DNA of 20,000 nucleotides. It comes from Chiloscyllium plagiosum (taxonomy: Eukaryota). Below the pieces are notes generated by a model. That model saw only the letters and a list, made by a program, of their open reading frames with translations, did not search any database and was not told the origin of the DNA. Both the position numbers and the translations under genes were made by a program. The stretch lies in the NCBI RefSeq assembly GCF_004010195.1, contig NC_057758.1, positions 8,818,562-8,838,561 of the forward strand, written 5' to 3'. Below, in pieces: positions 9,941 through 20,000 of the stretch; position 1 is the first letter of the stretch; every line of letters starts with the position of its first letter.

Positions 9941-10296
9941 GGTCTGCACAGTGGCTCAATCCTAAGCACAGCTGCCTCACATTAGCAGAGACCCGGGTTC
10001 GATCCTAGTGTCCGGTGATTGACTTTGTGAAGTGTGCCATTTTCTCTCGTGTCTGTGTGGATTTCCGCCGGCTGCTTCGATTTCCTCCCAATATGCAAAG
10101 CTGTTCCTTTCAGTTTAATTGGAAATGATAATTTGCCTATAGTGTGCAGAGACGTGTAGGTTACTTGCATTAGTCAGGAGTAAATGAAGATGAAGAGGGG
10201 AGTGAATGGCTCTGTGTTGGTTACCCTTCCACCGGTTGGCACAGACTTGTTGGCCAAAGGCCTGTTTCCAGACTGTCGGGATTCTGTGATTCTATG
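9941..10296 (+). mobile_element. HE1 / V-SINE-type tRNA-derived SINE (diverged)
   Basis: A-box-like cacagtggctcaa, B-box-like gggttcgatcc, central gtgtctgtgtggatttcc..cctccca domain, LINE-like tail ggccaaaggcctgtttccagactgt and a short gattct repeat at the end. Confidence 0.88.
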
Positions 10297-10869
10297 CATT
10301 GTCCTTTGACAGCGACACAATCGCGGAGAGACCGCATTTAGTGTCAAGCAGAGCTACAGGTTTTTCACTCCGTTCAAATAGTAGCTGCCAAGGGCTTGTA
10401 ATACTGCATGAGCAAGAAATACTTGCCATTCGTTTAAACCACATTCTCTGTGCAGACTCTCAGTTTGCAGCTGCCGTTATCTTTGCCACAGCCAAAGTGA
10501 ATACCTGTTCAAAGGTGAAGAAGAGATGCCCGAAAGATAGCATGTTGTGGCACAGAACGAAGCCGATCAGTCAGTGGTGACTGTGTTACGATTCAATTGC
10601 CTTGTTTCAATCTCCTGCCTCCATCTCTCATGCCTTCTATCCCAATAACCGTCCAATATTCGTCTTGAACGCCACCTTCACTGATGCACAATACTTCACC
10701 ACGGAGCCTTACAGTCTGACTATGCTGAGTTACACATAGTGGCAGGATTGTGGGGCAGTCACATCAACTCCCGCTGTCCTCTCTTCTTGTTATGGAGAGA
10801 GCAGCAACCTGCAACGTAGCCATCAAGTACCCATTAAACGAATACTGGAATTGAATGAAGTGCAGAGCT

Positions 10870-11320
10870 GGTCCTAAGACTGTGCGGACTCTGTATTAAG
10901 GATAGCTTGAGTAGCGTTGGACTGGACCAGTCGGTGTTGAGAAGACTGAGACGGCTCCTTCTTACAAATGCGATTATTGGAGCACTTGACAGAATAGGTG
11001 TAAATACATTGTTTCTCCGTGTGGCTGAGGCGACAGAAGAGGGCCAAATCTGAGGAAAACGTATCACCTATTGCAGAGAACGATGCAGAAAAAAATATGT
11101 TTGGAGTGTAGTGATTCTGTAACTTTCTTTGCCAGAGATAGCTGTAGAAGCTGGTTCACTAACATTTTTTTTAATTATTAAAGCAAGTAATGGTTCGGAC
11201 GAGAAGGCAGGAAAGTGGAGGTGAACATGATCAGGCCAGCCATGAACACATTGAGTGGCAGAGCAGACTCGATGGCTTGCATGGCCTATTTCTGAATTTA
11301 TCTGTTGTCATCTTATGGAC
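10870..11320 (+). mobile_element. Decayed CR1 3' end
   Basis: ttgagaagactgaga..cttgacaga..ttgtttc and the 3' UTR gagaaggcaggaaagtggag..gatcaggccagccatga..attgagtggcagagcagactcgatggc..atggccta. Confidence 0.7.
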
Positions 11321-11499
11321 AGAACACGAAAAATAGAACACACTGAAATGTCTCACATATTAACTACAAAATCATCAGACCAAGTCGTTAATGAGGCACC
11401 TCATCAGGTTTTAGAGACAAGTGTGCAGCGCTTTGCTCAAGGAATTTGATTTGTTGGACACAGGAAATATGGGGAAAAATCGGAAACGATTTATATTGC

Positions 11500-11790
11500 T
11501 GAAAATGACAGTGGCTCAAAGTGGTTGCATCATGTTCAGGTCTTCAGATCCCTGATCGTTGTTAGATAGTGATATTTAACCTCAATAAAGATCTAGAAGT
11601 AACGACTAGTCGCATTATAACACCGTAATTATTGTCACTAATGACAAAATAACTCATCGGTTACACTGATGCACCTGAATGAAGGAAACGTTGACCTGTC
11701 AGTCCAGCCTAAGTCGTCAGGAAAGTGATGGAAAGGGGAGTACACTTTGCTACCATCTCGCAATGCACATAACCGATCAATAGATGGCAA
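11500..11790 (+). mobile_element. Heavily decayed SINE, possibly Deu-domain/SacSINE-like
   Basis: caataaagatctagaagt..attgtc..aaaataactcatcggttacactgatg..gaaggaaacgttgacc..gtccagccta resembles a common elasmobranch SINE core, recalled from memory. Confidence 0.4.
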
Positions 11791-11807
11791 AACAACTTTA
11801 TAATTTA

Positions 11808-12380
11808 GTTATTTTTCTTTATTTCACACTTGAGATCTGGATGTGGCTTGCTAGAACAGCAGTTATTGCACGTCCCTTGAGAAGGTGGCGTCAGCTGCAT
11901 TCTGGATCCGTTACAGTCTATTTGGCTTCGTTATATCCACAATGCCCTCAGGAAGGGCATTCCAGCATTTTGACACATCGACAGTGAAGTTATGATGCTA
12001 TAATTCCAAGCTAGGATATTGAGTAGCTTGGGCAGGCACTGGGAACGTTTGTTGTTTCCATCTCTCTACTGCCCTTGTAATTTTCGATGTTAGAAGTCCT
12101 GGAATTATTTCATGTACTGGTATTACGGCCTTGGTAAATTTCTGTAATGCATTGTGCATACATTACTCGCTGCTGCCTTGGTGTCTGGGCGTTGAGGAAA
12201 TGGATGTTTGTGGATGTGGTGCCAATCAAGGGGGTGCTTTGTAGTGCATGTTGTCGAGTTCTCTAGTATTAAGTCAAGTGAAGAGTGTTCCATCAACATC
12301 TTGATTGTATTTTGTAAATGATGTTCATGATTTGGTAAGGGGTAAGGTGGGGAAGTTATCTTTGCAACATACCTAGACCG
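11808..12380 (-). mobile_element. 3' end of an L2/CR1-group LINE, minus strand
   Basis: T-rich tail, then ggatgtgg..gctagaacagcagttattgc..cccttgagaaggtggcg..ttccagcattttgacacatcgacagtgaag..ttccaagctaggat..ctactgcccttgt..tggatgtggtgccaatcaag. Confidence 0.7.
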
Positions 12381-12389
12381 TGGTTACTG

Positions 12390-12600
12390 TGGAATTCTTC
12401 AAACTTCATGATTGCTGTGGAATTTTCCACTACACAGGACAGGCAAGTCAGTGTCATTAATTGTATCGTGGGCTGGCGTCCTTGAAGGAAGCGTTATGGG
12501 GAAAAGGAGGGAAACCGATGTTGAGAATGATCAGGTCAGCCACGATTGCTATAGGGAAGCAATAAATGAGGATGTAAAAAGATATGTTCTTGGAGTTAGC
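12390..12600 (+). mobile_element. Decayed CR1 3' UTR fragment
   Basis: gttatggggaaaaggaggga..gttgagaatgatcaggtcagccacgattg is homologous to 11195-11250. Confidence 0.55.
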
Positions 12601-13587
12601 AAAAAATAGTGGTCGACAAAATATGTTGCAGGGAAATTAAAGCTTCTGCACTTGAGGGAGGTAGAATGATTGCACTATGTCTTATCTAAATGCTGAATTG
12701 ATTGCGCTGAATGCGACGACAGACTACCAACTTGATCATGGATCTTCACCTCAAACTCTGGCCATCAAATCACGTATAACTTTCGATCGTGTAGCTATCG
12801 TCTGAACAGAAGGTCCTTGTTCTGTTGTTTCCGCTTTCCATGTCATGAACCCTGGACAATACCACGAAAGACAGCGAGCCTCTTAGAATGCAATTACTCT
12901 ATATCAATATGTTTGCACTGTATGTATACTAAGCACAATTCAGTCAATCTGAATTTGGAATGGTATCATACCATCAAGTTGTCTGCATTCTTAACATGCT
13001 GATATCCTTTCCTCAGAGCTAACCTTCTCACAATTGGGATCCTACCTCGCAGAATATGTGGTCTTTCGAATTGCATCACACGTTATCTATGGTTACGTCA
13101 GTTTCAAATCTACTGGTCATTTTTCACGAACTTATTTTGAGGCATCTGTTGATCTTTTATCAAGTGACGTTTAGTTCCCTGTTGGAACTGATCATATGCA
13201 ACATCCACGTTGTCCTGCTTTATGCATGAACTGACTGATCTGTCCAGTTCACGGTCACATTCAAATTTGATCGATTTGTGGCCATTCATTATCAGAAACT
13301 GAGAAGTAAATATTACAGTGAGAAAACGGCAGCCGTGGTCCTGGAACAGTGACTATGGTGAGCAGCATGAAGAACATTTTCTCGTACTTTGCATTAACGA
13401 GTCAGTATCAGCGCATGCAAGTTCCATGATTTTGTGTTGTACTGGACAATGTTCAGTTCTCTCTGGTCTGTGTAATAGTCGAGTTCCTCAACAACTTACT
13501 AACCCCATGTCTTCCATTTCTGCTGATTATACTGCTGAATCTTTTCACTTTCAGGTATATTTTAGTAAGCACGAAATCCCGCAGAAA

Positions 13588-13711
13588 CCTGATGAAGGAT
13601 ATTTGCCCGAAATGTCGACTCTCCCGTTCCTCGAATGCTGCCTGATCCGCTGTGCTTTTCCAGCACTATATTCTCGACTCGAATCTCCAGAATCTGCAGT
13701 CTTCACTTTAA
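13588..13711 (+). mobile_element. Solo family-1 pLTR with hammerhead motif (boxes intact, stem II weakened)
   Basis: CTGATGA(13589-13595)-A-GGAT-ATTT-GCCC-GAAA(13609-13612)-TGTC, then gaatgctgcctgatccgctgtgcttttccagca..ctccagaatctgcagtcttcacttt. Confidence 0.85.
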
Positions 13712-13792
13712 CCGGTAACGTCTTGTCTGTCTTATTTATGTTTGAATAAGACAACGTCTGAATCTCATGAATTGTATTTAGTATAGACCTCA

Positions 13793-13872
13793 GTATAGGG
13801 GAACCTCAAGTATCTGAATGAGATGGGCTAGCACTGTTTCGTTTGTATAATTGATTGTTCGGTTAATCAATG
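13793..13872. mobile_element. Possible terminus of a Tigger/pogo-like MITE
   Basis: tataggggaacctcaagtatctgaa..ataattgattgttcggttaatcaa resembles TA-CAG.GGAACCTCGATTATCCGAA-type ends with internal inverted motifs. The second terminus was not found. Confidence 0.35.
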
Positions 13873-14779
13873 AAACGCCTTTCCTTAAAGACTGCTCCTC
13901 TCAGACTGCATGGATCCTTTGGAGGAACACTTGAATGCACTGGGGAACGAACAGAAGGCACAAATGGGAGCTGGTCACACTGCAGGTGCACTCAGGTAGA
14001 TGGGTGACCATGAGGACCGATTGTCAGGTAGAACCGAATACTCATGTTCCAAATCTCAAACAAGTACATAATTTGTATTGTTGGGGAAAAATATCCATTC
14101 GGGTGCAATATCAACAGCATCCAGATCTTTGACATCATGACTAGCTCTGCTGTAAAGCAGTGTATGGTGAAGTCCAAGGGGCAATTGCGGCATGGTACGC
14201 ATTAGCCGGGGCCGAGACACGCCCTTCTGCGGTGTGATCGAAACTCCAGGACGATGAGTGCCTCATGGCGCCAGGATCGAGGCCGTCTCAAAGTGGTTGA
14301 GCAAGTTTTCGAAGTTTACCTTGCACTGTAAAATCTGTTGTATACATTGGTGACAAAAAAAATTAATAGGAAGCGTATCAGGTCTGGCAGAGTTTTAAAA
14401 GATTAGCATAGCATTCTCTGGTGACAGTGCTCATGAGACTTAAACAGGAGAGTGGGGCAGTTGAATTGTCGCTGAGGAACCGGTGCAGAGGGCGGGGATG
14501 CATATTTTTCGATCATTCGATTCTCTTCTGAAACACAACGAACCTGTACAAGAGGGAAAGTTTGCACCAGAACGAGATAAGTATCAATACCCTGACGGAA
14601 AGTTTGCCCAGAAGTATTTTGAAGCGTTTGACCTCGTCTGTCAAGATGGTGGGACAGAAATCATTCGACACACATGATGTGAAATTGCCAGTGATGGACG
14701 AGGTTCGACAATGGCAGACGTTAACATGACAGAGGATATCGTCCAAATGGTTTATTGGAATCAACAAGATTCTGAAGTC

Positions 14780-14841
14780 AACTCACGGAGGAGAAGTATT
14801 TAGAAAGCTTTTACATTCAAATAAACTTGTTGGACACTGGG
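14780..14841 (+). mobile_element. Decayed fragment of the family-2 pLTR inside the CR1
   Basis: ggagaagtatttagaaagcttttacattcaaataaacttgttggac aligns with 17190-17234 and with the reverse complement of 17117-17161. Confidence 0.55.
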
Positions 14842-17050
14842 TCGTACGAATGACTCGAGCAGTGTGGCAATATGGGCAGAAGTCAGAAACAGGAAATCTT
14901 CGTTGTACTACAGGCCTCCCAACAGTGAGTGTGAGAGAGAAGTACAAATATGTAAATAGATTATAGAAAGATGTGGGAGAATGACGTTAATGGTGACTGG
15001 AGATTTTAATTTTCCTATTGTTGAACGGGATTCCCTCAATGTTAGAGGTCAAGATCAAACAGAATTTGAAAGAAGCATCCAGAAAAGTTTTCTTCAGCGG
15101 TATGCAAATATGTCAACTCGAAAGGGACCATACTCGACATAGTGTTAGTGAATGAGCCCGGCAAGGTGGCTCATATTTCAGTAGGGAGTTACTTTGGAAA
15201 ACAGTGCTCAGCATTCTGTAAATTTAAAATATCATCGACAAACACAAGCGTGGTCCACAAAGAAGAGTGCAAAATTGGGGAATGCCAACTGTAGGAAAAT
15301 TAGGCTGGAGCTGGAGAATGTGGTTTGAGAACATCAGTTTGAAGGTAAATCCACTTTTGATATGTGGCAAGCTTTTCCAGCAAGACTTTTCCACTAGAAA
15401 ATCAGAGAGAGTAACGACAGGGTTACGAAATTATGGATGACAGGTGAAATTGTGAGTCGAGCCAAGAGGAAAAATAAATCATACCAAAGGACTCGGCGAC
15501 TGAAAACAAACAAGGCTTTCGAAACATATTGAGCAAGGACGAACAATCAGAAACGAGGAATTAAGAGGGCTACAAGGTGCTTATGAAATATCATTATCAA
15601 CCGATGTTAGGGAAAATTCCAAAGTCTTTTATTCGTCTATGAGGAGCAAGGAGTCAACTAAAGAAAAGTTCAGCCCACAGTGGACAAAGGAGGAAAGTTA
15701 TGCATGGAGTTATTGAAAATGGGAGATATTCTTAATGAGCACTTTGCACCAGTATTTAATGTGGAGAGAGAAATAACAGATATTGAGTTTAAGGATAGAC
15801 GAATGATTACTCTCGGTGAAGGCTGCTTACATATGGAGGAAATGTTCAGAATTCTGAAAAGAATTAAGATGGACACGTTCCCAAGTCCGGATGGGATCTG
15901 TCCCAGGTTCCTGAAGGCAGTTAGAGAGGAAATAGTTGGAGGCTTAACACATGCCTTTACAATTTCCTTGAACACTTGTGGGCTGCCAGAGAACTGCAGA
16001 ATTGCTAATGCTGTCGAATTGTTTAGGAAGAGTAGCAGGGGTAATTCAAGTAATTATAGACCGGTTAGCCTGGCGTCAGACTTAGTGAAGTTGCTGAAGA
16101 AGGTATTGAGGAATAGGGTCTGTTGTTTTTGGAAGAAAATAGTCTTAACAGGGATAGGCATCATATGTTTGCTCAGGAAAGGTCATGACTTACCAAATTC
16201 ATAGAATCATTTGATGAAGTGGCAAAGTCATATGCATGGACTCCAATCAGGCGTTTTATAAGGTTCCCATTGGTAGGTTGATGCAGAAAACGAAGATGCA
16301 TGTGGTCAAGTGTATACTTGCTGGATGCATTAAGAATGGTTTGGTTAGCAGGAGACAGAGGGTAGTAAGGGAATGGAGTTTCATAAAATTGAAAACTATG
16401 AACAGTCGTGTTCCACTGGGATCCATACTGGGATCCACTATTGATTGTGAAATACATAAGTGAGTTGGAGGAAGGTATAGGTAATCTGATTAGCAAATTT
16501 GCAAATAACACTAAGATTGGTGGAATAGCAGATAATGAAGGAGACGGACAGGGAATGCAGCAGAATATAATTTAGAAAGTTGACTGGAAATGGTGTAAAT
16601 GGAGATCAATTCGCGCAAATGCGAGGTGATGCATTTTGTAACATCCAATTCAAGAGTGAACACTACAGTAAATGCTGAAGTCCAAGGGAACACTGATGTA
16701 CAGAGAGATCTCTGTGTTCACGTCCCTGTGCCATGAAGGGAGAAACGGAGGTCGACACAATCATCAAGAAGGCATATGACATGCTTACCTTCATCAGATG
16801 GGGTATTTAGTGAAAGTGTTTGCAGGTCATGTTGCAGTTGTATAAGTCTTTGGTTCGACCACGTTTCTGGTCGTCACATTATCAAAATAATGTGGATGCT
16901 TTTTAGAGGGTGCAGAGGAGGTTCAGCATGCTATGGAGGGCGTTAGAAATGAACAGAGGTTCAGTAGTTTGGGCTTGTTTTCTTTAAAAATACAGAGGTT
17001 GACGGCGTTCCTGACTGAGGTCTGCAAAATCACAAGAGGTGTCGAGAGGG

Positions 17051-17262
17051 TGATTTGCAGCAGTCATCTTGGACTGGGGTTTACATATTTAAAAATCACA
17101 CACCATCAGGTGACAGTGCAACGAGTTTATTTGGAAGCAGTAGCTTTCGGAGCGCTGCTCCTTAATCTGCAGGTCAACAACCTGATGAAGAAGCAGCGTG
17201 ATGAATGTTAGTGCTTTCATATAAACCTGTTGGATGATAACCTGATGTCATGCGATCTTTAA
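17051..17262. mobile_element. Fold-back family-2 element with two inverted hammerhead-bearing arms, inserted in the CR1 3' region
   Basis: Arm 17089-17174 aligns with the reverse complement of 17180-17262. The left arm keeps GGAGC-AGC-GCTCC-GAAAGCTA on the minus strand. The right arm keeps CTGATGA (17182-17188). CR1 sequence resumes at gacagggtggac. Confidence 0.85.
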
Positions 17263-17649
17263 CCAAGACAGGGTGGACAGCATAATGCTTTTCTCCCACA
17301 GAGTGATCGACTCAATTACTAGCGGTCACAAGTTCAAGTTGAGAGGAAAGATGTTTGAGGGAGATATGTGCAGATCGTTCTTTGCACAGAGGGTGAAAGT
17401 GCCTGGTATGCGTTCCCAGCAGAGGTGGTAGGGGGATGTACGGTAACGTCATGTTTTTATGTATATCGGCAAAAACTTGAATTGGCATTGAGCAGAGGAA
17501 TACACATACTTAAAATTATGCGAAGTTTTTCGAGAGTAGATCTCGTTCGTTTCTGTCTTGGGGAGTGGTGGTGGCGAAGGACCTGCTTCTGTGCTGTAAA
17601 TATCTTTGTTTTTTGTTGTTTAATTATGACCTGATGTCGAGTAACATCT

Positions 17650-19575
17650 CGGTCGATGGACAAATATAACGTGGGTACTGGTACAGCAGTAAACTAAATC
17701 GACAGGACATGCAAGAGTTTGGCGTGGAACAGAGGGAGAGTTATCAATAAGACATCATTTATTTCATTGCATTTCTATAGTTAACGCGAGAGGCCTAACA
17801 AGTATTGAAGATGAACAAATATATGCATGATCATATAGGACTGCATATTATAGTTATTACAGAAACATCTTTGAGCAAGAGATAAGACTGTAAGTTCAAT
17901 GCTCCAGGATGGAAATGTTGCAAGAAGAATACAAGGGGAGGGAAATGAGCAGGAGGAGTGGCGTTCTTCATTTTGGTAACCTTCACTGCAGTATTTAGAG
18001 AGGGTATTTCTTTGGGATCGTCAAATGAGTCCATCTAGGTGAAATTGAGAAATAAGAAGCGTGTGATCACTTTGATGGGATTGCACATCGGATCCCTCAA
18101 TAATCAGTGGAATATCGAGGAAGGAAGATCACAGACAACAAAAAGTATAATACAGTTGAAATAGTTGGAGATTTTATCTTTCCAAACATAGATTGGAATT
18201 TCCAGTGTTAAGATCTTGTTTGGGAATGAATTCTTCAAGTGTGTTCAAGAAAATTGATCAATCTACAATACGAGAGGAACAGCAAATGCGAATATCTCTT
18301 GAGTAATCAGGCAAGGCAAATGACTGAGGTGTTAGTGCGGTAGCAGTTTATGACTGTGACAATAACTCTATTAATCATTACACAATTATATAAAAAAGTT
18401 GGACTGTTCCACAAGCTAATTTTCTAGCCTGGGGCAAGTCACATTTCCATGGTATTAGATACGAAATATTATAATTTGTTTGGAAAGCTGTTTTCAGGTA
18501 ACTGGATACCTAGCAAGTGGGTGGCTTCTGAGAGCAAGACAACGCGAGTTTATGGTCCGCATGTTCCGATTAGTATGAAAGACATGGCTGGAAGGAGTAG
18601 GAGACTTTGGATATTTAAATATATTGAAACTCTGGTGAAAAGAAAGAACGCAGGCGGCATAGTGGCTCAGTGGTTAGCACTGCTGCCTCACAGCGCCAGG
18701 GTTCCAGATTCGGTTCCAGCCGAGGGTGACTGTGTGTAGTTTACACAGTCTCCCCGTGTCTGCATGGGTTTCCTCCAGGTGGTCTGGTGTTCTCCCACAT
18801 TCCAAAGATGTGCAGGTCAGGTGAATTGAACATGCAAAATTTCCCATAATATTAGGTGCATTAGTCAGAGGGAAATGGGTCGGGATGGGTTTCTCTTCGG
18901 AGAGTCGTTGTGGACTGGTTGGGCTAAAGGGCCTGTTTCCACACTGCAGAGAACCTAATCTAAGAAAAGGTGTCTTTTGACTGTATATGCGACAAGGATC
19001 ACGAATATCCCTTTAACAACATCGAAATTGTAGGAGCATATTTAAGAGGGAAATTCGGACACCGGCAATAGGTTTGGAGATAGCTTTGGTTCAAGAGATT
19101 CCGAAGAGAATCTACAAGTTCATTAACAGCAAGCAAATGATTAGGGAGCGAATAGACCCATTCAAGATCAATAAGGCCATCAATGTGCGGCTCCACAGCA
19201 GATAGGTGAGATCATAAATGAATATTTCGCGTTAGTGGAGAAGCACATGGAAGCTATGGCAATTGGAGAAATGACCGGTGACGTCTTGAATATCGTCCAC
19301 GTTCACAGAGATGGACTCACTGGAGGACTTGAAATGGACAAATGTAAGGAAATCACTGCCAGGTGACATTATGGGAAAGCTCTGGAAAGAATTGTGGAAC
19401 CCATGACAGAGACACTTGCATCAAGAACATCCATGCATGAGAGGCTGGTCACTGACGAGTCGTCAATTTTTAAAAAAAAAGCTACAAGGAAAATCCAGCG
19501 AGCTATGGAACGGTGAGCCTGACGTTAGTGTTTGGTACATTGTTAATGTACATTCTGAAGGAGTGGACAAGCATG
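17650..19575 (+). mobile_element. Second decayed CR1 copy (ORF2 endonuclease to start of RT), interrupted by a SINE
   Basis: NARGLTS..DE (~17783), ETS..FNAPGWKCCKK..GGVAFFI (~17860-17972), VGDF.FPNIDW (~18164), GEIINEYFA (~19205). Confidence 0.85.
18653..18962 (+). mobile_element. HE1 / V-SINE-type SINE inserted in the CR1
   Basis: ggcggcatagtggctcagtggttagcactgctgcctcacagcgccaggg (A box), ctccccgtgtctgcatgggtttcctcc core and tail gggctaaagggcctgtttccacactg..ctaatctaa, flanked by A/G-rich aagaaa tracts. Confidence 0.92.
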
Positions 19576-19624
19576 CATTTCAGAAGGTAAGGGCTGATTC
19601 AGCGTTGTCACTCTTTCTTTTTGT

Positions 19625-19856
19625 GTTCATCCATTTCAAATCCTCCAGCGATTACTTTACTGTAATTTGGAGCATTTTCAAGACATCACTATTTATCTCT
19701 CCCATTGCCGTCGTATTCATGTGCTTCTACACGGGAAATCTGATGAGAAATATTCTTTTAGGGTCTCACCTATCTACTGTGGCTCCACACATTGATGGCC
19801 TTGCTGATCTTTAAGAAAGCCGATTCTCTCCTTAGTCATTTTTTTATGAAACTTTG
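19625..19856 (-). mobile_element. CR1 ORF2 fragment, inverted homolog of 19115-19340
   Basis: The reverse complement contains aaggccatcaatgtg, agataggtgaga, gaatatttc, agaagcacatg and ctggagga.ttgaaatgga, in the same order as in 19115-19340. Confidence 0.85.
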
Positions 19857-20000
19857 TGTCTCAGATTTGATTACGTGGTTGGAAGAGCTGACTAACGAGA
19901 TACGTTGAGAGAAAATTTCAACCGTTTTCCATTTGGACTACACAAATGCTTTCGACTAGGTTCCACATAGTAACTTTGGTTGGAAGGTAAGATCACATTG

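Larger units (their letters stand above)
13890..17620 (+). mobile_element. Near full-length decayed CR1/HER1 LINE: ORF1 (SGNH esterase-like), ORF2 (APE endonuclease + RT) and 3' UTR
   Basis: ORF1: ELVTLQVHSGRWVT (~13968-14010), RGRDTPFCG (~14207), LRNRCRGRGCIFFDH..NLYKRESLH (~14470-14570). ORF2: YYRPPNS (~14906), GDFNFP (~14999), PSPDGICPRFLK, NYRPVSL, DSNQAFYKVP, VPLGSILG, KFANNTKI (decayed FADD, ~16495). Many stops and frameshifts. The ORF2 5' end appears deleted near 14780-14850. Confidence 0.93.

Noticed and set aside
13319..13357. Possible 39-nt plus-strand exon (acag|..tatg|gtgagc) and the 143-aa ORF 13318-13749
   Set aside because: The polypyrimidine tract is poor, no partner exon was found, and the ORF's 3' half runs through a pLTR repeat.
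15680..16204. 174-aa ORF as a functional gene
   Set aside because: It is a surviving open stretch of CR1 ORF2. The flanking frames have stops and the catalytic FADD motif reads FANN.
18653..18725. tRNA gene
   Set aside because: This is the tRNA-derived head of an HE1-type SINE, continuous with the SINE body and tail. The same applies to 9941-10010.

Overview
Eukaryotic, repeat-dense, non-coding (intergenic or intronic) DNA. The repeat families point to a shark or other elasmobranch (inference): HE1/V-SINE copies, HER1/CR1-type LINEs and Penelope-like elements (PLEs). No intact protein-coding gene can be supported. The listed ORFs are mostly frameshifted retroelement fragments or their antisense shadows. 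Main contents: a near full-length decayed CR1 LINE (13890-17620), a second CR1 ORF2 copy, many CR1 3' fragments and two HE1 SINEs. There is also a Neptune-type PLE 3' end and two Poseidon/Penelope-type PLE copies arranged head-to-head. The most interesting signal is a set of minimal hammerhead-ribozyme motifs (CTGANGA-stem II-GAAA-short palindrome-UH) from three distinct PLE terminal-repeat families. One copy has an intact catalytic core (862-889, minus strand). Two families occur as short fold-back insertions with paired ribozyme arms (5084-5280 and 17051-17262). Other features are a ~92%-identical local duplication (1-266 vs 8112-8376), a perfect 56-bp tandem duplication and an inverted CR1 duplication. 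Repeat family names come from recognising motifs by eye, not from a database search, and boundaries are approximate.
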